From positions 15,066,001 to 15,130,000 of the forward strand of contig CAIIXF020000001.1 of the NCBI GenBank assembly GCA_903813345.2: a stretch of DNA of 64,000 nt, read 5' to 3'. Positions 23,346 to 38,700 of the stretch are shown here, piece by piece. The notes below the pieces were generated by a model. The model was given only the letters and a program-made list of their open reading frames with translations. It had not been told where the DNA came from and did no database searches. Both the position numbers and the translations under genes were made by a program. This stretch comes from Owenia fusiformis (lineage: Eukaryota). Every line of letters starts with the position of its first letter. The stretch's first letter is position 1.

Positions 23346-26300
23346 AACATGTGAATCACAAACTATTCCTCACTTTACGTGAACTTTTATGTTAATATTG
23401 AGGCATTGATGCCAAAGGTTTATCTTTTTTCTAATACTTGGGATATTTTTCGATTTAAAAATTGTATCTTACTCTCACTTGATATCATATGTGTTTCAGC
23501 AAACAAAGTTACCGGCACAGTAAAATGGTTCAACGTCAAAAGCGGATATGGCTTCATCAATAGGTATGTTCTGCACCCCAAAATAGCTCGATGAGCAATG
23601 CTTTAACTCTTGTGTAACTCACTGAACGCTTCTTTTTAAACAAAATGGCATATTGCTGGGTGGATGCATTCATGAATAACATCATAGCCTTTTTAAATTG
23701 TTTCCGAACAAAACAAAAGTGAAATTGTCTTGACTTGGTGAGATGGACAGGAATCAAGCTGCAAGTACAGTTGATGATGAATAGTTCATTTTGCCTATTA
23801 CAGCAACTGCAGTGTTTGGTTTATACCTCCTGCAATTCTCACAGTAAATGTATACAGTGCTCGGCATAATTATAATAATTGATGTGAGAGTTCCTTCCAA
23901 AACAGATTCGCCTATAGATGCCTAAGACTCGAGGATAGAATACGTTTATTCGGCCATTTTTTAGGAACCATTTTTGTTCCATTGAAATACAAATTCCATG
24001 GAAGGAAAAAAAGACGAGAAAAAACATGGCACACATGGTTCAGGGGTTTCATTAGCAGCAGGCAACACAAAATCGCCATACTTTTCCATTTTGAATTTAT
24101 GATTTCTGTTAATTCCATCCGCTCCCCTTTCCGTCCCATTTTGATAATTTTCGATTCTTTTTTATGTGCCGTTTGGAAACTATTTTATTGTCAGAAATGG
24201 CATTAATTTAGTTACAGCGTCACTTTCAAGTATATATTACTGGTCACGTATACCATTGTTGCTTGATTTATAGCAAAACATTGACTTTTGCGCGTTGGTG
24301 GCCTTGCACCTTTTTTAATAGATCTCAAATCTTTGAAGTGTATCAGTTCAGAAAAAATCGTAGAACAACCCAACACATTTTACCCTGCCGTGCACCTGTT
24401 TATTCAGGAATTCATTAGTAAACTTTTTTCTTGAAAAAATTAATCTTCCAGAATTTTCGGCCCATTTCCCTGATCACCAGGCGTGTTCGAGAGAGTGATA
24501 AATTCCCAAATTTTGAACAAGTGGCGGAGGTAATTCCAACACTGTTCTTGAAGGTTATATCTACGGAAAAGATAATTCCTGTTCTGTACCAACCCTATGA
24601 CAAGTCACATTCACAAATGGCTGTACAAAAGCATTTGTTATCCCAACAAACAAAGTTCGAGGGGGATATAGGAAAGCCATCGGTCTGTTTGTCCGTCTGT
24701 CCGGGCAGTAACTCAAATACCGGTTGACTGAAGTGATTCAAATTTTATAGGCTTATGCCTTGTGCCTAGAATTAAATGAACTCTGCCCAAGAAACATTTT
24801 CAAGATGGCCATTTAATTTTAATAAAAATGTATTGTTATCATTGATGACTCAAATACCAGTGGATGGATTTGGTTCCAATTTTATATGCTGATGTCTAGG
24901 AACAAGGGAGATCTGCTTCAGAAGAAATTTCAAAGGCGACAGCTGAATTTCAAAATTGCCACCATTTTTTATAAAAAATGTAATCTTTGATAACTCAATT
25001 ACCAGTAGATGTAATGTTTTGTCCAAATTCTTTGATTGAATCTGATCATTAAGCAAGGTTTATATTTTGAAAATTTCTAATGATTATATCATATTTACTA
25101 TATTTGGTTTAAATGCTACTCCTTGCATCACAATCTTTTTCTTTTATAGTATCATCTATTCACCCTCTCTATCCATACTTTGAATTTTGATCAATACAAA
25201 ATCAAAAATACAAATATAAAACTGTATGTCAACCTGACTCTTATTGTGATTCTTGTACATGCAAAACATTGAAAATGGTGAATGATCTCAGAAAAGTATT
25301 TTCTTTAAATGGATTTCTAATGTAATTCTGTGTTCTTGCTGTTTTTTGTGTTTAAACATTCTGTAATATCCATTAATCAATGTCTAAACTATTGGTTTCA
25401 TTTTTTCAGAGACGACACAAAAGACGATGTGTTTGTCCATCAGGTAAGTTGAAACACTCCTTTCTTTGTTCAATACTTTATTTATTTTGCATTTACATTA
25501 ATATGCCCAAAACTTTCATTTTATATCGTAACGAATGAAGTTTTCAGATAAGAATTGTTTGCTCATGTACTACTGACAAATGATTTATGAGCATATGTTT
25601 ATATATGAAGTAGTATGTAGTAAAGTAGTTCATAGTAGATCTGTTAGTGTATTTAACAGCTGTGAATATCTTCCAATATTTAGTCAATATAGAACATTGT
25701 GGTAGATATCTGCTCTTTTTACATTCCACGTTATGAATATATCATATTTTTGTTAGAGCTCTGGCACTAAAGTAGAGTAGTTTCAATAATGACCTTAAAT
25801 TATCTGAAGCGAATAAAGCTGATCAAGTATTGTGCAAGTGTGTTTGTCATTCAACAGACAGTCCATCCTGAATGTGGAAGGATTTTCTTCATAAGGCCAA
25901 ACAAAAATATATGTCCGTTTCCGGAACCCCGACCGACCCTAGTTTGAACCCCCGACCCTAAGACATTTTTTAGTACACTGAAAAATAAAATATTCTATCT
26001 CTGGCCCTACTCGATTGAAACAATACATTTCCTTCTGAAATGTTTTACTCACATCAGGCCCAGGTGTCCATATTGCTCATACCTTTGAACATTTGCAGTA
26101 ATATTATCGTTAGGGGCCCCAAAACACTTGAAACACAGGAAATATTGTTTATTTTCTTGAAAAGTTCGCCATTTTTGCTCTTCAAAATAGAGGCCCGCAA
26201 TCAACTCCCAGAGGGGTCTAGCAATTGCTAGGGAGACATCTATAACACTAAGTACTAACTTGGTTTCGGGTTTCACCCCCTTCAATAAAATTTGCAATTC

Positions 26301-29300
26301 CCATTTTACCATGCAGATTTGAAATAAGAAAAATAAAATCTTGGGGAGGGAAACCCGAAAACACAACAGCTATTTGCATAAATCAGCCTGACCTTTCACC
26401 TAGGAATGTTTATAGTGGGAAATTTGAATTTGAATGTTTAGACCACATGATTGGTCTATTATAGTTTGATCTGATCACATGACTTATCATCATCATTATC
26501 AAGTTTAGGAGGGGTGGAGGCTTTATACCCTTTAATGTTCTCCCATCTGATCTATTAAAATTAAAACTGAATTTAGGGAAGGGGACTGATTATTGCTCAC
26601 TAGTGGCTATTTGTAAAGATCTGAGTACCATGCCTTGTCCAGGAGGGTTTTGAAGTGGGAAACTGACGTGGCATCAATGATACTCTGGGAGAGGGAATTC
26701 CAATGTACCAGATGAAAATGTTATGTATATACAAGTTTTCTCTGAATTGTTTGAATTAGAAATATTCTTCTAAGGTCTTCTAAAGCTGATTCTGTTTATT
26801 TTTGAGTCAGAAAAATTATATTTTTGAGGCATATGTTAATATGATGACAACTTTGTAACCTCTGCTGATCCAGTGCTAAATATACTGATATTTGATTTCC
26901 ATGAAGGCCTTTATCCAGAAGTTTCGAATGTTATGGTGGAATAAAATTGATAATAGATCAACAGATCAATAGACTTGTTTATTATTATATAGGCCTATTG
27001 TAAAGGAAAACTTTGTCTTATCGCGATAATAACAATTTCAAGCGATAATAACAACTACCTTACTTTGGTATTTAGTTACCTAGAAAAAATCTTACGTAAC
27101 AATTTTCAATACCAGGTGAGAAAGTTAAGTTCGAACCCTGACCAAGTTGTTTATTTAGTTCAATATCTGAAGGTTTTAAGTAAGTACGGATCAAATGATT
27201 ATAGATTGCATGATGAATTAAGGTCTCATGGCAGTTAAGAGCAAATGACAAAATGAAGAGATGACAAAAAACATAAGATAAAATATTTTTCTGACTGACC
27301 TACCCTAAAAAAAAATGAGTAAAATTTTAATGAAAAATAAAATAATCCTCCTACCTACCTACCCTAATCTGAAAATACATGGAGCAGGAAACAGACATAT
27401 ATTTTTGTTTGGCCTAATGATTGCTGAATGTACATGTTTTTCAAATGGTTTTCACACTTATCTATAATTTGAGAATTATGACATTTATTTGCATTATGTA
27501 TCTTAATTGTAACATTTATCACATAAGATAATCTAATATGTCTCACATCGACTGACATCATGTGAGGCAAGTATTGGTGATCTTAATGTTTACTTTCACA
27601 GGGAAACCTTCTTCATGAACATCTCTATTGAACATCTTAGTCTATAATGATTACAATGATTCTTTCTGTATTGCAATGTGTATTCACTATACACAGGTTT
27701 TACTGTAGTTCCTCAACTCTTGTTAGAATCCCAAGGGCATGAGTTGTTGACAAACATACATTTTTCTGATGGTGATTGAACTGATTGTTGTTACAGTTAA
27801 AACTTCTATTAATAGTCTGAAAACAATAAAAACTCCATCAATTATACTAACTGTTGAAGTTTCTTCCTGATTGTATGAACATAATGTATTTTTGTTAAAT
27901 GAGTAATCAGTTTTATTTTGATGTCCACTTTCTATCATCAGAAAGTCCAATATAATCAATACTCACAAGGGGATGAAACAAATGATTTGAATTTTTTTTA
28001 ATGTTATTTTATTTCAATTAATGTTTTATTTAACAACACAGTAAATTTGTTTCTTTTTACTTCTTGTTCTAGAAAAAAATATTTGGGCCTGTACAGGACT
28101 CAATTGGCCTAGAATGTATTAATTCAGCTCAAACCTCTTATATACAGCTCCTAATGTAGTAAGCCTCTCTCGTCTTCATTCTTGGCTGAAAAAGATCTGG
28201 TCTCCTAAAAACACAATTGAGAGTAACCCCCTGATTTTTTCGTCTGATTTGATGTATAACAAGTTTGTTTAAATCAACTTATCAATTCTGAGGCTTGAAT
28301 TGATTCGTTAACAGTATCAATTCGATGATTGTTCCTAGCCATGAATTTACATCAATAGAAATTAAAACTAAAATTTAAAAAGCCCGCTCAAATTTGTTCC
28401 AGTCTGATTGGCTTTTTCCTTCAGATTATTTTGGCTTAGAGAAGCCATATTTATTACTTCTAAGAAGTTACAATATAGATAAATCCCCAAAAAAACATTG
28501 TATTCTGTTTTCGACTTATTGCGTTCAATTCTGACAGTTGGTTGTTCTTTTGGTTGTCCTGTTGATATCCTCAATATATTGTCAATATCGTGCTTATGAT
28601 TTGGTCTCAAGATATATCTAAGGTATATATGATGTTTTATGAGCAATTATATTTGGATTTTACTGATTGTCCAGAATAGAAATCTGGACGACTCGATCTC
28701 TTTAAACTGAAGAAAATATTTGAACAAAATCACTTTTTGTATTCCAGACCGCCATCGTGAAGAACAACCCTAAGAAATATCTGAGAAGTGTGGGTGATGG
28801 CGAGACTGTAGAATTTGACGTTGTTGCCGGTGACAAGGGTGATGAAGCATCAAATGTCACTGGACCCGATGGTGAGCCAGTACAGGGCAGCAAGTACGCG
28901 GCTGACCGTCGGCGCTACAGGAGGCGTCGATACTATTCTCGACGCGGGGAGGGCTCCAAAGATGAAGGGAGCGGTGATGGAGAGGCTGTCTCTGGGGAAG
29001 AGAAATCTGGGGATGAGGATGGAGAGGGCCGAGGAGGAAGGCGCAGACCATTCTGGCGTCGCCGTCGCTTCAATGGTCCAGGAGGGCGTGGTCGTGGCAG
29101 GGGAAGAGGACGTAGAGGTGATGGGGAGAAAGGGGAGGGAGAGGTAATGTAACAATAATGCTATCTACATGACTGACAGTTTTCTAGATTATCAAAATAT
29201 TTGATATTTTAAATACAAATATAATGGGATGCTTTAGAATAACAAATGTTCAAACTTTTGGAAATTTAAAGGTTATTGACATTCAATTACAAGACTCGTA

Positions 29301-30406
29301 ATGAGGCCCGTATGAGGTTGTACAGGGTCCGTTAACACAACGAGCTCTGTGCAGGTGTGTACGAGGTCCAATGTAATTTGCCTGTGTAGGGAAAACGTTT
29401 TCAGCTAATTTTGGTCACCAATAATGGATATCTTCAAAACCCCCGGAGGAATTACTTATTCCTTTATAGGGTTTAATTGTGTGTCAAAACACAACATATT
29501 GATGCAACAAAAATTAGAAAAGCAGTGGTGGAAGGGGTTGAAAATAAGGACAACATTTCAGAAAAAACATGTGGGTGGGTTGTGTGCATCTTCCCTGTCT
29601 CAAAGTCAAAATTATTTTATCTCTATGATTGCTTTCCCTGGAGATAATGTATTGGCCTAACATATTCACCTGTTTGAATCCTGAGAAAATGGCCAAAGTC
29701 CAACATATGTCTGAAATCTGTTGCGATACTTTCCCTCCTCCTTTAAAAGTCTTCGACTTTAACTTTAAAACTGGCCTTAAGGTGATCAATTTGAGTATAT
29801 CAGAACATGTCCATGTTTTGCTAAACATGAAAAGTATACATGGTCTAGCTTCCATAGTAGGAGAGAGATGGTATAGCAAGTAATATCCCGTTAGATTACT
29901 CCAAATGATTCATCTAAGCATTTGAGATATAAGTCATCCATGCTTGTTATATTGTCCCCGTGTGAACTAAAATAAAAAATAATGCTGTATGACCTAAATA
30001 AATCATGTCATATTTGCAGGATGATAGTGGTGAGGAGGGTGGTTCAGGCAAGGAGGGTGGAGAGAGGAGAGGAGAGGGCAGTGATCGACGTCCACGTAGG
30101 CGATACTACCGTCGCTACTACAGGAAGAGTGGTGGAGAGGAAGGAGATAAAGAGGGTGGTGAGAGCGGAGATGGGGAGGGCAGTGAACCTCGTAAGAGAG
30201 ACAGACCTTACCGTCGGAGGCGTGGGCGAGGTCGTGGGGGTCGTGGACGTGGTGGACCACGTAACCAAGGTGATCGTGAGGCCGCAGGGGACCAGGGGGA
30301 TGAAGGAACAGGTGGCGGGGAGCAGGCTGGAGACAGCAAGCCCCCACCACCAGTCGAGAGTGCTGCACCCCCTGCAGCAGCCCCTGATGGCCAAACATCA
30401 GTGTAA
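23196..30406 (+). CDS. YBX1: Y-box-binding (cold-shock domain) protein, 313 aa. Exons 23196-23256, 23500-23563, 25410-25443, 28748-29143, 30020-30406.
   Basis: Spliced [62 protein letters not shown]...[29 protein letters not shown], followed by alternating Arg/aromatic and acidic blocks and RGRG repeats. Total 942 nt in frame. AATAAA at 30758. The symbol indicates the family (YBX1/2/3 co-ortholog). Confidence 0.96.
25895..27414. mobile_element. PIF/Harbinger-type MITE in Y-box gene intron 3, TAA TSD
   Basis: TAA|GGCCAAACAAAAATATATGTC.GTTTCC ... GGAAAC.GACATATATTTTTGTTTGGCC|TAA. Confidence 0.85.
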
Positions 30407-31670
30407 CCAGCAAACACCACATTTACCATCTAGCTAGAACACACACAATATAGCAGAATAGCTGTAAAACAACATCTCTTCAATCAACACTGGACACTAG
30501 TATTTGAATGGATAATATTGCTCAATGATGTGCTGTGGGCACAGTATTCAGTTTTCGTTGGTTGAGTTGATGTAAATAATTTTATGAGCAATTAATGATG
30601 AACAGTGATATGTTATTACTTTTGTAGAATGTTGTTTTTATTTTAATAACAGCTTTTTCCATCTTTATTATTTAAATGGCTATTATAAGAATTTACAAGA
30701 TCTATACAACCAGTGTGTATATCCAATGAATGAGTTTAAAGCATGTGCTTTTCAAAAAATAAAGTGCCTTGTTGGCCATTCAACATGATGTTTTCATAGT
30801 TTTGCATGCTTATGGAGAAAAAAGTGTTTTATAGCACAATTTGGTGCTATATTGCGATTGCTATGATTTAGGTTTCCACAGGTTCCCACAAACTTCAAAC
30901 ACAAAGTCAAACTTGATTGAGGGATTGATTATACATTTTCAGAAATGTGTGAGAATAAAGAAATGATCGGGTTTGGTTATACTGGAAAATGTTAAGATGG
31001 TTATTTTGGATTTACTGTCCTAATCTTGTCTGAAATTTATCCTAATCCTAAAATTGTTGGCAATGAGAGGTTCAGTTCCAGCAAACTGATTGCATTTACA
31101 TTTTCAGAAATGTTTCTAGATATGACAATCTGATTTGTTTTAGTGCATGATGGTCAGGGTGACCATTTTGGATTTTTCATTTAAATTTTGAGCGTAGTAT
31201 TTGGTGCATGTAATGTACTGTATATTAATTTGCTCCATGGTTGTAATGTTGTTCCCTATGTCTCCAAAGAAAGCGGTCATATTTGTGTATGACCCCTCAT
31301 CTATGTGATTAGTTTCTAGTTTAAATTTTTGAAGGGTTATGAATGTCGCCTAGCCTGTAAGCTAATGTGTTTGGGTATTTTAGAGTTGTAAACACCCTTC
31401 CAATGCATTTCATTCTTTAGGAAAGCAACCATTCGGTCATTCCCCAATAGTACCCACTGCATCTTGAAAAAAATCTAATTTTTCTATTATGAAAAATGAT
31501 TTGAATAAAGACCCTTTTTGCTGAGCTAAGGAAACTAGGGTATAAAGTAGGGCAATCTGGATTCTGCAGGATATGTTTGAATGGTGCTCCATTCTGTTCG
31601 TATTTTACATGCCCTGTTCAGTTTACCCATCCAATAGTGAGTGAAATTAAAATTTTAATTGTTCCCTTTT

Positions 31671-32145
31671 CACTGGTGATCCACTCGATTACGCTGGTTA
31701 CCGAAACTGTTCGTTTTAGTAACAAAATGTCGGAACATGGAAGGTACGATTTTTTTCCTTATTTCACACATTGTAGGCAGAATTCCCACGACATTTATAT
31801 CACAAACGTCTATCAGTATCATATGTTTAAGAAAATGTACATATTTGCGAACACATAGTTCAGAAGACAAATTTAATTCCTCACTTAAGTTACATATAAA
31901 CGGTATTTCGAAAAACATTTAAGATCTAACCCAAACCGTTTATGTAACTTAAGTGAGGAATTAAATCGACGATTGTGTTGTCCTCTGAGCTATTTTTTCG
32001 CAAACATATACATTTTCTTAAACATATGATACTGATATACGTTAAAGAGAAAAAACGTCGTGGGGATTCTGTCTACAACGCGTGAAGTAATGAAAAAGAA
32101 AAATCGTACCTTCGACGTTTCGACATTTTGTTACCAAAACGAACC
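31671..32145. mobile_element. Right-truncated copy of the CACTG-ended MITE found at 61724-62258
   Basis: Begins CACTGGTGATCCACTCGATTACGCTGGTTACCGAAAC. The internally palindromic body matches the 61.7-kb copy. Confidence 0.8.
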
Positions 32146-32719
32146 GTGTCTATGCCACACCTTCTTCCAATAGCCCCTATGCCCTTTGTACTGACTTTTG
32201 CAATGTTTGAAACTTGAGTCTGAGCTGAATTTTGCCCCACTTTGCAAAATTAATGATTATTCGGCCAGTCAGGACTCCTTGTGAATGAATGATATTCCAT
32301 TGCAAAGAGGAGTATTTTGGTACATTGAATGATTGAGTCAGTCAGCATTGGTTTTATGTTTTCTTCCAATATTGCATCGGGCTCCGTACACTGACTTTTG
32401 CGATGTTTATAACTTGGTCCCAAGCCAATTCTGGCCCACTTTGCAAATGGAATGATTACTCGCCCTTGGAACCATGACCAAATATCAATGAATGATATAT
32501 CATTTTAAAGAGGAGACACGTGGCTTTATGGTGCATTGGATGAAATCAATGCTGTTATCACTGGTTTTGTGCTCTTCCGAGATAACAATCTGTTGCGTTT
32601 TTTTGATACGCACTGGATGGATATTGACAAAATTGAAAGAGCACAAAGAGCAACAAAATTAGAACCATCATTGAAAGACTTCGTTATGAAGACAGAATGA
32701 GACAACTAAGACATCCCTC

Positions 32720-33600
32720 TTTACTGTATAGAAGAAGAAGGGGTGACCTGATTCAAAAATTCAAGATTGTTAACGGTTACGACCGGATGATCGGACCGGA
32801 CGAGCCTCGGGTATATCCACCTTCTGTTATGAACAACAACGACATTAGTTATGTCCAATTTCACTGAGGCGGTGTGCGATTTAACACGATCTATAACGTT
32901 AACATCATCGTCGTCTGCGAAATCCATACGAATATTACTCACATAAACGGTTTTAGTTGTCTCGAATTTGAGACCTGTGGGAGGTTTAACACGTTTTTTA
33001 CCAGATTTAGAGTTTGTATCGCTTACGAGGTTGCCAGCTGGTAGAGCCACCGGGTTAACAATTGAGCGTTTGCCAGATTGAACGACCGATTTATATGATA
33101 AGGAAACTCCGACCTGGCTCGGTCTGGAAGGGTTGGGGGAATTCACAGCTTGCATTGTTTAGTACCAGATTTTGACCCTGAATCAGGTGTACAAGCAGTT
33201 TGTTTACCACCAGTTTTTGACACCGTGTCATGTTTATCAGCCAGATTACTAGTACTAACTGGAGGTTTCCTACAATTGGTGCGCTTCGCTGATTGAGTGG
33301 CTAAAGTTTAGCAGATTGCACAGCTGGGGTAACGCTAATTGGCTTAAAAGCAGTACACGTTGGTGATTTCGGCACATTTATGGACAACATATGGTCTAAG
33401 ATTGTGGACATGTTGTTTACCTCAGCCTCCAACACTTCAATGCGCTTCTTATGAGACAATAGAACTTTATATCACAATCTGACTCCACTTCCACAATTTT
33501 AGCGTTCAATTCTTTAACTTAAGCCTCAAGTCGAATGACATTGGACATGTTGGAGAGGTTAAGCGCTTTGCATATATAATCGAAACTGAACCTGTACGTA
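32720..33600 (-). mobile_element. Decayed LINE ORF1-like fragment (coiled coil + linker + RRM-like part)
   Basis: Intronless disrupted frames. The coiled-coil-like stretch RLEA*VKELNAKIVEVES lies upstream of ORF 32721-33155 (SYKSVV...TKTVYVSNIR...VVVVHNR). The layout resembles CR1/L2 ORF1. Confidence 0.5.
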
Positions 33601-35747
33601 TAAGATTTTTGGCGCTAAATCATGCATGACATACATCATCGTGTTCAGCAAGAATTCAACTGTGCATCGAAATCAAAATTGACAGCATAGTGTTCAATAG
33701 ACACGAGTAAAATGGTTCCCGTTGACCCAACGTCAAATTTCAAATCTCCCGTTCTAAATCCGAAACTCTGAAGCTGAAAGAGTATCTGAAGTAGACTAAG
33801 CGCGCATAAAACTATGAGCGCTCGATACATTCCTTTGTTAATTTTTGTACTTTGCGTTCACGGTTACGTTGTGAAAAACATCGTTAGCTTAACCTCTCCA
33901 TTATCCCTATTTTCAGACTGAACATGAATTTCTATAGCTGTACGTTTTGCCTTTTTCACATCTTGCCGAGCTTAGAACCGAACGTGAAAAGTCCTCTACA
34001 TGTTTATTGGCATATAGATATAGAACACAGATGTCTTTACATGATGTCATAGATTTATTGTTAATAATAATATAATAATAGTAAATTGTTCTAGAAAATT
34101 ATTGTTATTTCCAGCCAGCTGGAGTTCTGTTGTGAAACATTCATTACTAACTAAATTATACAAGAACTAACTTCTAGCTGATAAACATATATGTTACAAT
34201 AAGCATAATACATTTTAGAATTGGTATTGAACAGTTCTGATTTTACATCAAACACTGATACATTACAAAACGAAGAGAAGCCCTGTAGATGATCAACATT
34301 TTTATCATCACTTTCTTGTACTGTCTGAAAGATGATTTCAATGTGAAAAAATATTCTGTTATGTTTTGACAGTCTGGTATTTTTTATTCATTATGACAGC
34401 AACACCAGTCATATTTGCATGATAAAAATCCCCTTTACAAGGCTTCTTTTAAAGATTGACTCATCATTTAAACATCATAATTTTGTAAATATACATGATA
34501 TACACTTTTGATTAACATCATTATATATAGATAATTCATTTGACTGGACGGATTCATCAACATACAAGTGTACATATACAAGGAAGACACAATAAATGTG
34601 TATAAATGAATATAAATTGACCACTTTATGACATGTATGAGTGCTGCAATGCAATTCAATGGACGGAATACGTTTTCGAACCATTACTAAATGGTTATTA
34701 TGGAACATGTCGTTGCATCTTGCTTATTTTATTTTGAACCATGAACATTCATACTACAAGTGTAAAGGGGTTGGTGGTCCTATCAAATTTTGGTCCTACT
34801 CTCTATTGATTTATATGGTGACCTAATTACAATTATTTTCCTTATTATTTATACACAGTCAGGGCCAGTAAGGGCCATAAGGAAAGGGGACTATAATCCC
34901 CAGGGGACCATAATTTCTTTTACACCGGTATCTTATCAGTTTGATTTTGAAAGCTTCATACCTCCTTGCTTGGTAATCCAAGATGTGACCATTAGAAATA
35001 TTTAAATCAATAGACAGAAATAAAGTCATAACTCAAAGTAAAGTATCATCAACTGTTATTAAACCACATGTGAGAAATGATCCCAAGACAGCAATTAACT
35101 CTCTAGTTGGTAAATATTGTTAAATGGCAACTTAGTATAATGTGCTTAATTTGAGAATATTTTTACAACTGACGAATGCTTATATTTTAGAAAATAATAA
35201 ATCTGTCAAAAATAAGTTTTTCCTCTCAATACTTTAATAACCATTTAGCTGCTAAATATTTTATTTTCAAAATCATCATCAGGCCCACCTAGTTATTTTA
35301 GGAGGAAAATTTCAGCAAAAAATGAAAACATGCCTAAGCAGCTAGAAGGTTAAAAATTCAGTTAACTCCAAAGTTTTCATTGTACATTTTCAGATGTTAA
35401 TAATATTATTTGTCATGAGTTGATCAATTAAACAGATCCATTCATTTAGTGCAAGTATTCCTTAGATCAGTTCAATGGATCCATTAACTTGATCTTCTAT
35501 ATGGTATAGATCAGTACAGTTGATCCTGAGTTGTGTAAATTTGCTTAAATTATATCCTCTGTATATTATGAATTAATGATGGTTTATGCTGCTTGTATTC
35601 CAATCAGATGCTGTTATTGTTCCATTCTCTATGGTTATTAAGATGGCAACATCCAGTTTTGATTGTGGTAGTTTGGTTGAAAAAATTAAGTACTTATATG
35701 TTCACACATCTGCTGTAAATGTGTCTCGGTTACAGCTGTAACTGCAT

Positions 35748-38700
35748 TTATATATGCCATACACAACTGCAACATTTGACAGGTTCATAACACACTCCTG
35801 TTCTATAGCGCAAGTCAAGCACAGAGTTTTTCCAGATTCTGTTGACAATCCAAAAAGGAACCATGACTGTGAGAAACACTGGAATAAGAAAAAATGAATT
35901 GGTTGAAGTCACATACTAAATTGGTGCTAAGTAAGATCAATTACACTGTTCAGTATATACATAGTACATTGTATTTTTGGAGTAATAGTATAGAATTCCC
36001 ATGGCTGCATCACGCAACCAAATGTTCTTGGAGGATTTCTTGCTCAATTTTGAGAAAATTCAGACTTTCAAGTAAAAATGTAAATAAAATTTAATTGGGA
36101 ATATGAGTCTTGGAATCACAACAAGGCCTTAAATTTTATAGAGGCCCATTTTTGTCAGATGTTTGGAGGAAGTACATGGTCTCATTTTTCTCTCTTGAAA
36201 ATCAGTGATTATTTATTTCATATTACAGGGTTGAGGCGCAGCAACTATTCTCCTGTTAGCTTCCATCCTTACTGCAATTTGGTAAGTGTAACCCGAATAT
36301 GACCTACATGTAACTAGCTGTACACATACCTATTCCAATGACTGAGAAGATACTGAGGGCAAGAGAAAAGAAGTACAGTGTCCCTGTAGTCACGCTCTGA
36401 AATGAAAAATCAAGAAAAATCATCACAGGATTCATGAATATTTACACCATTATATTCATACAGCTTGATAATGCATCTGTGAGATAGCTTCATAACCATG
36501 AAACTGCATTGCATTCATGAGATATGCACATATTCATATGATACTGCATCGATTGAGCATGATACTGGATTCTCATGATATTTACACCATTGTATTCATA
36601 CATGCAGAGATAATAATAATGCATTTCATGATACTGATCTCATTTGTGGAGGTGCATATTCTCTGGATATTTACACTTGTATTCATAGAGCATGATATTG
36701 AAATCATCAGATATGATACAGGATGATACATGCACTGCTTTCTCTGTATATTTACTTGTACACGTCCATTGTATCCAGCATGATACTGCATTTATGCGGC
36801 ATATGATGTTGAATTCAAGACATATGATAGGCCTATACTGCATTCATGGGGCATATAATTATAATGAATTCAAGACATATGATAATGCATTCATGGGCAT
36901 ATAATGATAATGAATTCAAGACATATGATACTGCATTCATGGGGCATATGATAATGAATTCAAGACATATGATACTGCATTAATGGGGCATATGATAATG
37001 AATTCAAGATATATAATACTGCATTCATAGAGCATATGATGTTGAATTCAAGACATGTGATACTGCATTCATGGGGCATATGATAATGAATTCAAGATAT
37101 ATGATACTGCATTCATGGGGCATATGATGTTGAATTCAAGACATGTGATACTGCATTCATGGGGCATATGATAATGAATTCAAGATATATGATACTGCAT
37201 TCATGGGGCATATGATGTTGAATTCAAGACATGTGATACTGCATTCATGGGGCATATGATGTTGAATTCAAGACATATGATTCTGCATTCATGGGGCATA
37301 TAATGATAATGAATTCAAGACATATGATACTGCATTCATTGGGCATATAATGATAGTGAATTCAAGACATATGATTCTGCATCCATGGGGCATATAATGA
37401 AGTTGTATTCAAGACATATGATACTGCATTCATGGGGCATATGATGTTGAATTCAATACATATGATACTGCATTCATGGGGCATATAATGATAATGAATT
37501 CAAGACATGATACTGCATTCATGGGGCATATGATGTTGAATTCAAGACATATGATACTGCATTCAAAGGGCATCTAATGATAATGAATTCAAGACATATG
37601 ATACTGCATTCATGGGGCATATGATGTAGAATTCAAGACATATCATACTGCATTAATGGGGCATAAGATGTTGAATTCAAGACATATCATACTTCATTCA
37701 TGGGGCATATAATGATAATGAATTCAAGACATATGATACTGCATTCATGGGGCATATGATGTTGAATTCAAGACATATGATACTGCATTCATGGGGCATA
37801 TGATAATGAACTCAAGATATATGATAATTGTACTGCATTCATAGGGCATATGATAAGTAATTCAAGATATATGATACGTGTACTGCATTCATGGGGCAAT
37901 TACTTCATTCAATGGATATTTACACCATGTATTCTATTCATATGCACATTAGCCTACACGTGACATTTGGCAGTAATGTATGAACAATGAACATTGAATA
38001 ACTGGATGTAGAAGTCTACTTACACATTCGCCTGCCAGTGAAACAAATATTGTCAGTAGCAACCCGGAAAGATATGTGATGCCTCCAAATATGTGAAATG
38101 CCAGTTTCACTTCCCATGGTATAGGGTCCATAATGGAAAATAGCACAGAAAAACCTAAAAAACACAATGCTATATGTTTTCTTTTTTGATAATTGCTGGC
38201 AACATGTACTGTACATGTACAAATTCACATAAGTATTTGGTATAAGTCAAGTAAAATAGTAAAATGGTTTCACCAATACAACAGTTTTGCATAAAGGTAC
38301 TGTAAGTTATAAGTAAGATAGTTAAGGTACAGCTGGAAAGTAACATTTTGGTAAAAAATTGCTATACCTGCACATGTTAGTTTCTGGTACAAAATTAAGT
38401 ATGAAGGCATGTGTATATTTTCAAATGTGTTTAAACAATGTTGTAATTCAACTCACCTGACATGCAAAATGTGTTTATACAATGTTGTAATTCAACTCAC
38501 CTGACAAGCAACATGTGTTTATACAATGTTGTGATTCAACTCACCTGACATGCACAATGTGTTTATACAATGTTGTGATTCAACTCACCTGACATGCACA
38601 ATGTGTTTATACAATGTTGTAATTTAACTCACCTGACATGCAAAATGTGTTTATACAATGTTGTAATTCAACTCACCTGACAAGCAAAATGTGTTTATAC

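Noticed and set aside
26841-26892. Box C/D snoRNA-like ATGATGA...CTGA...CTGA in a Y-box intron
   Set aside because: It is only about 47 nt from box C to box D, lies inside a Harbinger MITE, and has no recognisable rRNA guide.
28702-30437. Overlapping alternative-frame and antisense ORFs over Y-box exons 4-5
   Set aside because: They are by-products of GC/purine-rich low-complexity coding sequence and show no independent motifs.
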